A stretch of DNA of 32,000 nt, taken from NCBI GenBank assembly GCA_000008885.1, contig BA000021.3, positions 180,001 to 212,000 on the forward strand, in the 5' to 3' direction. The notes beneath the pieces were generated by a model, which was not told where the DNA came from, made no database searches, and was given only the letters and a program-made list of their open reading frames with translations. The translations under genes and the position numbers were made by a program. Positions 10,419-18,752 of this stretch are shown here, piece by piece. The stretch is from Wigglesworthia glossinidia endosymbiont of Glossina brevipalpis. GTDB lineage: Bacteria; Pseudomonadota; Gammaproteobacteria; Enterobacterales; Enterobacteriaceae. Position 1 is the first letter of the stretch. Each line of letters starts with the position of its first letter.

Positions 10419-12379
10419 AAGTAATTGTTTTTGCTTATCATGAAATTGGATATATAGGGTTATCTTGTTTGATAAAGCTTGGATTTAAAGTTTTAAGTGT
10501 TATAACTCATATAGATGATCATGCTTCTGAAAAAATATTTTTTAGTTCTGTAAAGAAAAAATCTTTAAAACATAAAATACCAGTATTTTATCCAAAAAAT
10601 ATAAATAATTTAAAATGGATTGACTATTTATCAAAATTAAAACCAGATATAATTTTTTCTTTTTATTATAGAAAGATTTTAAGCGAAGATATTTTAAAAA
10701 TACCAAAATTAGGATCATTTAATTTACACGGATCATTGTTGCCAAAATATAGAGGATGCTCTCCTTTGAATTGGGTTTTAATAAATGGAGAAAAAACAAC
10801 AGGAGTTACATTACATAGAATGACAAAAAAAATAGATCATGGATCTATATTGTCTCAATACTCAATAAAGATAGAAGAAAAAGATACCTCCAAATCTTTA
10901 TATAAAAAATTATGTTATGCATCTATGTATATTTTGAATAAAACATTACCTATGATTTTAAAAAATAAAATAAATGAAATTGATTGTACAGATGATTTTT
11001 CTAGTTATTTTCATAAAAGATATCCAAAAGATGGATTAATAGATTGGAATCAATCGGCTAATAATATATATAATTTAATAAGAGCTTTAACAAAACCCTG
11101 GCCTGGAGCATTTAGTTATTTATTTGATAAAAAAATAATTATTTGGAAATCAAAAATAAGTTTTGAAAGTTATAAAACTCCTGGAACAATATTAAATTTT
11201 AATCCATTAATTATATCTTGCAAAAAAAAATCATTAGAAATTTTATCTGCTCAATACACAGAATGTAATATTCTTAACAAAAGAAATATTGAAAATATAT
11301 CAAGAATTAAAGGAAAAAAACTAATTATTAAAAATATAAAATCTTTTAAAAATTTAAAAAAAATATTAATACTAGGAGTTAATGGATTCATTGGATATCA
11401 TATTACAAATTTATTATTGAAATATAATAATTACAAAATATACGGTATAGATATAAAAAATAATTTAGTTAAAAGCTTTATAGGAAACGAAAAATTTTGT
11501 TTTATCAAAGGAGATATAAAACAATATTATAACTGGGTAAAGAAAAAGATAAAAAAATGCGATATTATTTTGCCTTTAATTGCTATAGCTAGACCAATGC
11601 AGTATATAAAAAATCCATTAAAAGTTTTTAAAATTGATTTTGAAGAAAATTTGAAAATTATACGTTATTGCGTAAAATATAAAAAAAGGATAATATTTCC
11701 TTCTACATCAGAAGTATATGGAATGTGCAAAGATGATTATTTTGACGAAGAAAATTCAAATTTAGTTACAGGTGCTATAAAAAATCAAAGATGGATTTAC
11801 TCTTCTTCAAAACAACTGTTGGATAGAATAATATGGGCTTATGGTGTAAAAAATAATTTAAATTTTACCATATTTAGACCTTTTAATTGGATAGGACCAG
11901 GCTTAGATGATTTTAAAATAGCTGAAAAACAAAACGCAAGAGTTACAACTCAAATTATTTTTAATTTAATTAATGGACTTCCTGTTACTATTGTTAATAA
12001 TGGAAATCAAAAAAGATGCTTTACAGATATTGATGATGGAATAGAAGCTTTGTTCGAAATAATAAAAAATAAAAATAATAAATGTAATAAAAAAATTATT
12101 AATATAGGAAATCCTCATAATGAATATACAATAATGCAATTAACGAAAATTATAATAAATATTATTTATTCTAATAATAGAAATTATAATTTTCCAAAAT
12201 TTTCTGGTTTTAATATGTTAAGTGGAACAAATTATTATGGAGAAGGCTATCAAGATATAGATCGTAGAAAACCAAATATTGATATTGCTAAAAAATTATT
12301 AAATTGGACACCAAAAACTAAAATAAGAATTACTTTAAGAAAAATAATAAATTTTTTTATTAATAATAATACATCATAA
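10415..12379 (+). CDS. arnA: Bifunctional UDP-glucuronate oxidative decarboxylase / UDP-Ara4N formyltransferase
   Basis: 654 aa. Formyltransferase motif [13 protein letters not shown] plus a conserved Asp (IDHGSI). The C-terminal SDR half has [57 protein letters not shown] and GYQD...RKP. AAGGA Shine-Dalgarno motif 6 nt upstream. Confidence 0.95.
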
Positions 12380-12389
12380 CTACATTAAT

Positions 12390-13297
12390 ATGAAAAAAAA
12401 AAATATGTTGCAATAAGAATTGACGTAGATACTTTAATGGGGACTAAGTTAGGTGTACCTAACCTATGGGAAATTTTAAACAAAAAAAAAATAAAAGCAA
12501 CTTTTTTTTTTACTGTTGGCCCTGATAATATGGGAAGACATTTTTGGAGATTAATAAAACCAAAATTTTTATTTAAAATGTTTAGAATAAATCCTTTTAA
12601 AATTTATGGGTTAAACATATTAAGATCTGGATTTATAGGAAAAGGTAAAAATATAGGTAAAATATGTAAAAATGAAATAAAATCTGCATCAAAAGACCAT
12701 GAAATCGGATTGCATGCATGGGATCATTTTTCTTGGCAAACTTGGATAAATATGTTCAGTAAAAAAAAAATTATTAAACATATAAACCTAGGTAAAAATG
12801 CTTTGCAACACATCATAAAATATCCAGTTACATGCTTTGCTTCTCCAGGCTGGAGAACAAACGAATATGTATTACGTACATTAAAAAATAATTTTAATTT
12901 TTCATATAACAGTGACTGCAGAGGAAGCAATTTATTTTTTCCATATTTAGGTGATGGTAAAATTGGATCTTTGCAAATACCAGTGACACTTCCAACGTTT
13001 GACGAAGTTATTAACATAAAAACCACGATTAAAAAATATAATAGTTTTATTATAAAATTAATTAAAACACAATTAAATTTTTCTGTATATACTATTCACG
13101 CTGAAATAGAAGGAATGAAATATAAAAAAGAATTCGAAGAGTTTTTAAACATAGCAATAAACGAAGGAATTAATTTTTGCAGATTAAAAGATTTAATACC
13201 TAAAGAAATTGAAAATATACCAATATATAAAATAAATCATAAAACAATACCAGGAAGAGATGGATGGATTGCATATCAACAAAAAATAATAAAATAA
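12390..13297 (+). CDS. arnD: 4-deoxy-4-formamido-L-arabinose-phosphoundecaprenol deformylase ArnD; start codon and gene body are in different frames across an A11 tract
   Basis: The track ORF 12437..13297 (286 aa) matches E. coli ArnD (FFF.VGPDNMGRH.WRL.KP.FL.KM, HE.GLHAWDH, QIPVTLPT.DEV, YTIHAE.EG). The same frame upstream (12404-12436) encodes YVAIRIDVDTL, the conserved ArnD N-terminus, but has no start codon. ATG 12390 followed by A11 lies one frame off. Confidence 0.8.
12393..12403 (+). repeat. A11 homopolymer at the arnD frame break
   Basis: Counted directly: ATG(12390-12392) + 11 A + TATG. A tract of 12 or 9 A would join the ATG to the ArnD frame. Confidence 0.9.
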
Positions 13298-14952
13298 ATA
13301 AAATTAAATTTTCAATAACAATAATTGCATTTATTTTGTTGTATTATTTAATACCACTAAACTATAGGGATTTATGGCAACCAGATGAAACTAGATATGC
13401 AGAAATTAGCAGAGAGATGTTGCAAAATAAAAATTGGAGTATTCCATATTTATTGGATATAAGATATTTTGAGAAACCAATTTTTGGATATTGGATAAAT
13501 AGCATAAGTCAATTTTTTTTTGGTCATAATAATTTTTCAGTTAGATTTGGATCTTTTTTATTTACTTTATTTAGTGCTAATTTAATTTATTTATTTTCTA
13601 AAAAAATATGGAAAAATAAAATTTTATCTTTAAATTCAGTAATAATATTTTTATCCATTTTATTAGTATATATCATAGGTACATATTCTGTATTAGATTC
13701 AATAATATCTTTTTGGATTAATTTATCTATGATTTCGTTTTGGTTAGCAAGTACTTCAAAAGTTAAAAAATATAAAATAAAAAATTATATTATACTCGGA
13801 ATATCTATTGGTATAGGTTTTATAACAAAAGGATTTATATCTTTATTAATTCCTTTCATTAGCATTTTTATTTGGTTATTTTTAACAAAAATAAATATTA
13901 ATAAAACTATAATTCATTGTTTTTTTTCATTATTAATTTCTATTTTAATAATTTTCCCATGGATTTACAAAATATCTTATTTAGAGAAAGATTTTATTAG
14001 ATATTTTATTTTTATAGAGCATATACAAAGGTTTATTGGAGAAAATGCTCAACACAAATCTCCTTTTTGGTATTACTTTCCAATATTTATTATCGGATGT
14101 TTGCCTTGGTCTGGATTTTTATTTAGCACGTTAAATCTTGCTTGGAACACAAGAAAAAATAAAAAAATAGAATTTTATCTTTTACTGTGGATAATAGTTC
14201 AATTTTGTTTTTTTAGTATTTCTAAAGGAAAACTACCAACATATATTTTGCCTTGTTTTTTCCCTTTATCTATATTAATAGCAAAAAATATAGAAAAATG
14301 CAATTTAAAAAATAAAAAAAAATTGTTAAAAATAAATTCTATAATTAATACAATTGTGGGATCAACTTTATTGATTTTTATAATTTTGCATGAAAAATAT
14401 AAATTTTTTGGATGTTCTTTATATAATAAAAATGAATATTATAAACTTATATTATGCATATTTAGTATTTTTGTATGGATTTTTTTAAATTTATGTATAA
14501 TTTTTAATGATTTTAAATTTTGGAGAATTACATCTCTTAGTATTATTGGAATAGCATTTTTATTTGGATTATATGTTCCAGAAAAAATAATTTACGCTAA
14601 ACAACCACAATTATTTATTAAAGAAGTTTTTGATGATTTAGAATCTTCAGATTTTATTTTTTCTAACAACATAGGTTTATCTACTGCTATATCTTGGGAA
14701 ATAAAAAAGAATAATATTTTTATTTTTGAAAACAAAGGAGAACTAGAATATGGATTAAGTTATTTAGATTCTAAACATAGATTCATAAAAAAAGAAGATT
14801 TTAAAAATTGGTTGTCAAAAAATAAAGAAAAAAAAATATCTCTTGTTATGTTATTACCAGATAAACATTATAATTGGAAAAAATTTAATGTTCCAGAAAC
14901 AAAAAAGTTTTTTCAACATGAAAGATTAATTTTATTAAAATATAATTTTTAA
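13264..14952 (+). CDS. arnT: Undecaprenyl phosphate-alpha-4-amino-4-deoxy-L-arabinose arabinosyl transferase
   Basis: 562 aa polytopic membrane protein. LWQPDETRYAEISREM, RYFEKPI.GYWINSI, TKGF, FWYY.P, SKGKLPTYILPCF and GEL.YGL.Y.D...RF are collinear with E. coli ArnT. The ATG overlaps the arnD 3' end by 34 nt. Confidence 0.93.
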   Translation: MDCISTKNNKINKIKFSITIIAFILLYYLIPLNYRDLWQPDETRYAEISREMLQNKNWSIPYLLDIRYFEKPIFGYWINSISQFFFGHNNFSVRFGSFLFTLFSANLIYLFSKKIWKNKILSLNSVIIFLSILLVYIIGTYSVLDSIISFWINLSMISFWLASTSKVKKYKIKNYIILGISIGIGFITKGFISLLIPFISIFIWLFLTKININKTIIHCFFSLLISILIIFPWIYKISYLEKDFIRYFIFIEHIQRFIGENAQHKSPFWYYFPIFIIGCLPWSGFLFSTLNLAWNTRKNKKIEFYLLLWIIVQFCFFSISKGKLPTYILPCFFPLSILIAKNIEKCNLKNKKKLLKINSIINTIVGSTLLIFIILHEKYKFFGCSLYNKNEYYKLILCIFSIFVWIFLNLCIIFNDFKFWRITSLSIIGIAFLFGLYVPEKIIYAKQPQLFIKEVFDDLESSDFIFSNNIGLSTAISWEIKKNNIFIFENKGELEYGLSYLDSKHRFIKKEDFKNWLSKNKEKKISLVMLLPDKHYNWKKFNVPETKKFFQHERLILLKYNF

Positions 14953-14966
14953 TTAAATAAAAAGAT

Positions 14967-15579
14967 TTAATTTAATTTAAATAATTTTATATTAGTCCAT
15001 TTATTTAATATTTTTTTTGTAAAAAGTATTCCGTCTCTGCTTATAGAAGAAAATGTTAATACTTCTATATATATATTTTTTGTATGAGTTGTTTTTTCAA
15101 TATATTTTTTGAACAATGATAATTTTTTTTTTCTTTTTTCAAAATTTATTTTATCGGATTTGCTCAGTAATATTAAAACTGGAATTTTTAAATTAAAAGA
15201 TAAATATATTAATTTTTCATTAAATTCTGATACTGATCTTCTTATATCTTCTAATATAATTAGAATTTTTAAAGATTTGCGTGATTTAAAATAATCATCT
15301 AATAAATATTTAATTTTACTTTTTTTTTTTAGAAATTTTAGAATATCCAAATCCAGGTAAATCTATTATTCTTAATTTTTTATTCATGATAAACACATTA
15401 ATGAAATTTGTTCTCCCAGGTTTTTTACTGCTTATAGATATTTTTTTCTTATCGAATAAAGCGTTTATAGCCTTTGATTTTCCAGAATTAGAACGGCCAA
15501 AAAAAGCTATTTCTAATCCATTATCTTTTGGAAGATTAAATAAATTATTTGCACTTAACAAAAATTTTATATTATTCAT
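14967..15579 (-). pseudogene. engB: Ribosome-biogenesis GTPase EngB/YihA, split into two overlapping ORFs by a frameshift in an A11 tract (formally a pseudogene; may be rescued by slippage)
   Basis: ORF 15316..15579 carries G1 [16 protein letters not shown] and G3 DLPGFGY, then stops after KKKK. ORF 14967..15350 continues collinearly with E. coli EngB (..SLK.LIIL.DIR, then G4 LLSKSDK, then FSS). The two frames meet at the A11 tract (plus-strand T11, 15320-15330). Confidence 0.85.
15320..15330 (-). repeat. A11 homopolymer (T11 on the plus strand) at the engB frame break
   Basis: Counted directly. On the minus strand TCT + A11 + GTAA gives ...SKKKK*. A10 would read [15 protein letters not shown]..., which continues the EngB alignment. 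Confidence 0.9.
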
Positions 15580-15678
15580 TTTAATTATTTATATAATTTT
15601 AATATTATTAGTAATAAAAAATATTTTCAATAAATTAGAATGTTTTAAAAACCGTAAATAACAACCTAAAAATAACTT

Positions 15679-16113
15679 TTATTTTTTAAAATAAATACTA
15701 TTCATCCAACTATCTAGAATAATAACTGCTGATTCAGAATCAATCAATTTTTTTTTCAATCCTTTATATCCATATTTTTTGAATAAAACAGATTTTGCTT
15801 CAATCGTTGTTAAACGTTCGTCATGCATCATAACTGGCATAAAAAATTTATTTCTTAATTGTTTTGCAAATTTTTTGGCTTTAATTGTAGACGTCTGATA
15901 ACTTCCATCCATATTAAGAGGTAATCCTACTATAATATATTTTGGTTCCCATAATAATATTATGTTATTTATTTTTCCCCAGTTTGGCACTCCTTTTACA
16001 TAAGATACTGATTCTAATGGTTTAGAAGTATTTGTTTTCATTTGCCCAATCGCAACTCCTATATTTTTTGTTCCAAAATCAAATGATATTAATAAATTAT
16101 TTCTATACATCAT
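15679..16113 (-). CDS. ruvX: Putative pre-16S rRNA nuclease / Holliday-junction-resolvase-like protein YqgF
   Basis: 144 aa. The N-terminal FDFGTKNIGVAIG motif and DER.TT.EA match E. coli YqgF. ATGA overlap with the yqgE stop (16110-16113). In gshB-yqgE-yqgF synteny. Confidence 0.93.
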   Translation of the reverse strand: MMYRNNLLISFDFGTKNIGVAIGQMKTNTSKPLESVSYVKGVPNWGKINNIILLWEPKYIIVGLPLNMDGSYQTSTIKAKKFAKQLRNKFFMPVMMHDERLTTIEAKSVLFKKYGYKGLKKKLIDSESAVIILDSWMNSIYFKK

Positions 16114-16673
16114 GAGTGACCTATTTCACTAGATATATTTCTAATATCTATTCCTATAATTTTTGCAGATTCATACCATCTATCATAAATTGGAGTATTA
16201 AATAAAATTTTTAAGTTGGCTAAAGTTGTAATCCATGCATTATGTATAACTTCTTGTTCCAATTGCCCCTTTCCCCATTCAGAACACCCTAGAGCAACTA
16301 ATATTTTTTCTGGTTGAGAAGAAGTTCCTATTGTATTAAAAATATCATTTGATGTTGTAATTGTTATTTCTCTAGAAATATTTACGCTTGATTTAAAACT
16401 GTAACATGGAGAATGTAAAATAAAACTACGATCATCACTCAATGGTCCTCCAAATAGAACTGGATGATTTAATTTATCCATATCAATATTTTTTTCTATA
16501 TTTATTTTAAGTTTATTTAAAATATTTTTTATTGTATATTTATGAATAGGTTTATTTATTAAAATACCCATCGCTCCTTCTGTGCTATGTTGATATATAT
16601 AAACAACAGATCTCCTAAACAATGGATTTTTTATAGATGGCATTGCTATAAGAAAATGATGTTTTAAATTCAT
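16110..16673 (-). CDS. yqgE: UPF0301 protein YqgE
   Basis: 187 aa, the same length as E. coli YqgE. Its start [29 protein letters not shown] is almost collinear with E. coli [29 protein letters not shown]. Confidence 0.93.
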   Translation of the reverse strand: [187 protein letters not shown]

Positions 16674-16753
16674 ATATTTTATACTTTTATAATTAAAAAT
16701 TTATTTTAAATAATATTATTATACAATTTTTATTGATAAAAATTATAAAATAT

Positions 16754-17704
16754 TTAATGTTTTATGTTTAAAAGTTTCTCAATACTATCCAATAAAATTC
16801 CAGAAATAGATACCTTGTATACTGATTCAATTTCATTAATACCAGTAGGACTTGTGATATTAATTTCTGTTAAATAATTTCCTATTATATCTAATCCAAC
16901 AAAAATTAATCCCTTATCCTTAAGGAAGGATGAAATATTATTAGAAATTTCATAATCTATTTTCCTTAAAGGAAGAATATCAAAAGAAGCTCCAGCAGCT
17001 AAATTTCCACGTATTTCTTTATCATTTGGAATTCTTACAAGGCAGTATGGTAATGGAGAACCATTAATCATTATAATTCTTCTATCCCCATTTAAAATTT
17101 CTTTTATATACTCTTGTATTAAACAAAAAGAATTTCCATAATTAGTTAATTGATCGATTATTACAGAGACGTTTGGATCATTTTTTTTCACATAAAAAAC
17201 AGAATCTCCTCCCATTTTATTTATGGGTTTTAATATAATATCTCCAAATTTTTCTTGAAACGAATAAATAGCTTTTTTGCTGCAACTTATTAAAGTTTTA
17301 GGAGAGTATTTAAATGATAAAGTAGATATCTTTTCATTATAATCCCTTAGGCTTTTAGGTTTGTTAATAATAAGAACTCCAAAATTTTCTATATGCTCTA
17401 AAATATATGTAATATATAAAAATTCTATATCAAACGGAGGATCTTTTCTCATTAAGATTACGTCTAATTCTTTTAGATTAATCGTATATTTTTTTTTAAA
17501 TGAATACCATTTTTTTTCATCATATTTAACTGATATTAAGTATGAATTTGCGTATACTTCTCCAACTTCATAATATATATCTTTCATTTCTATATAATAT
17601 AAAAAATAATTTCTTTTTTGTGCTTCTAGCATGATAGAAAAACTTGTATCTTTTTTTATTTTAATAGAAGAAATAGGATCCATTATTATTCCTAATTTTA
17701 TCAA
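16754..17704 (-). CDS. gshB: Glutathione synthetase (ATP-grasp)
   Basis: Collinear with E. coli GshB (VILMRKDPPFD.EF.Y.TYILE, SLRD.NEK, IILKP...MGG.S.F, PYCL.RIP....RGNLAAG, KGLIFVGLDIIG..LTEIN.TSPT). The track ORF starts at TTG 17737. I prefer TTG 17704, which gives MIKLGIIMDP (E. coli MIKLGIVMDP) and has GAGAGG 9 nt upstream. Confidence 0.9.
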   Translation of the reverse strand: MIKLGIIMDPISSIKIKKDTSFSIMLEAQKRNYFLYYIEMKDIYYEVGEVYANSYLISVKYDEKKWYSFKKKYTINLKELDVILMRKDPPFDIEFLYITYILEHIENFGVLIINKPKSLRDYNEKISTLSFKYSPKTLISCSKKAIYSFQEKFGDIILKPINKMGGDSVFYVKKNDPNVSVIIDQLTNYGNSFCLIQEYIKEILNGDRRIIMINGSPLPYCLVRIPNDKEIRGNLAAGASFDILPLRKIDYEISNNISSFLKDKGLIFVGLDIIGNYLTEINITSPTGINEIESVYKVSISGILLDSIEKLLNIKH

Positions 17705-17723
17705 AATTATAGACCTCTCAAAA

Positions 17724-18451
17724 TTAAAAATCTCCAAAATACATTTGTAAAATAGAAACTATTGATATTACGCTTGTTTCTGTTCTTAAAATTCTTGGAC
17801 CAAATTTAATCTTATTAAAATTATTTTTTTCTACATGAAATACTTCTTCTTTAGAAAGACCACCTTCTGGTCCAATCAATAAATTAATATTTTTTATTTT
17901 TTGATTTATTTCTTTTATTTTTTTTTCAGAATAAGGATCGGCATAAATTTTAAAAGAAGTGCTTTTTGTATCACACCATTTATATATGGATATTGGATCA
18001 TTTATTTTTAACAAAAAATTTCTTCCGCATTGCTGAGAAGATTGAATAATGATTTTTTCCCAACGATCAATTATTTTATTTAAATTTTTTTTATTTAAAA
18101 ATTCGTTGGAACGTGAAGAAAATAATGGAGTTAATGTATGTATTCCAAGCTCAACAGATTTTTGTACTAAAAAATCCATGCTTTTTTTATTACATAAAAC
18201 TTGCCCTAAATTTATTTTCAAAGTAGATTCGACATATTTGTGTATTTGATGCATTAAGAATATATATGTATTTTTATTTTTATATTTTAAAATTTTTCCT
18301 AGGAATTCTTTTTCTTTTCCATTAAATATCAAAACAAGCATTCCTTTTTTTTTTCTTAAAGAAAATCTTAAATGAGAAGTAGAATCTTCTGAAAGTAAAA
18401 TTATTTGTTTTTTTTTAATAAAAAATTAACATATATTCTAGGAATTTTCAT
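17724..18451 (-). CDS. rsmE: 16S rRNA (uracil1498-N3)-methyltransferase RsmE; the first 16 codons are out of frame with the body across an A9 tract
   Basis: The track ORF 17724..18341 matches E. coli RsmE from about residue 40 (LGQV....K..F..QKS.ELG....TPLFS, QCGRN, LLIGPEGGLS..E, GPR.LRTET). ATG 18451 encodes MKIPRIYV (E. coli MRIPRIYH) and stops at 18403..18401. The body frame is open from 18425. With one extra A the product is 242 aa, against 243 aa in E. coli. Confidence 0.85.
18408..18416 (-). repeat. A9 homopolymer (T9 on the plus strand) at the rsmE frame break
   Basis: Counted directly. Minus strand reads TTA TTA AAA AAA AAC AAA TAA. With A10 it reads ...LLKKKQIILLSEDSTSHLRFSLRKKKGMLVLIFNG, which is continuous with the main ORF. 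Confidence 0.9.
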
Positions 18452-18752
18452 ATTTTTATAAAAAACAATTGTCAAATTTTTTAAAATTAAAAAATTACTG
18501 AATTATAATTCTAACATATTTTTAAATATAAAATTGAAAATAAATTAAATTATTAATTTTTTATTTATTATTAATATAATATTAAGTATTAATTTAAAAT
18601 TTTTACATATAAAATAATATTATATAATTATAAATTTTATATAGAAAATAATAATATATTTTTTATAAAAAATTATATTTATAATTTTATTATATATTAA
18701 TAATAAAATTTTTATAATTTATATTTTATATGTTAAAGGAAAAATTTTTCTT

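Noticed and set aside
12724-13026. 100-aa minus-strand ORF inside arnD
   Set aside because: It is antisense to conserved ArnD sequence and has no independent support.
14967-15350. Treating the 127-aa ORF (MDILKF...) as an independent gene
   Set aside because: Its apparent start is a TTG inside the other engB frame. From the A-tract onward the sequence is simply the C-terminal half of EngB, including G4.
15386-15661. 91-aa plus-strand ORF
   Set aside because: It is antisense to the engB N-terminal half and its upstream spacer. It has no motif.
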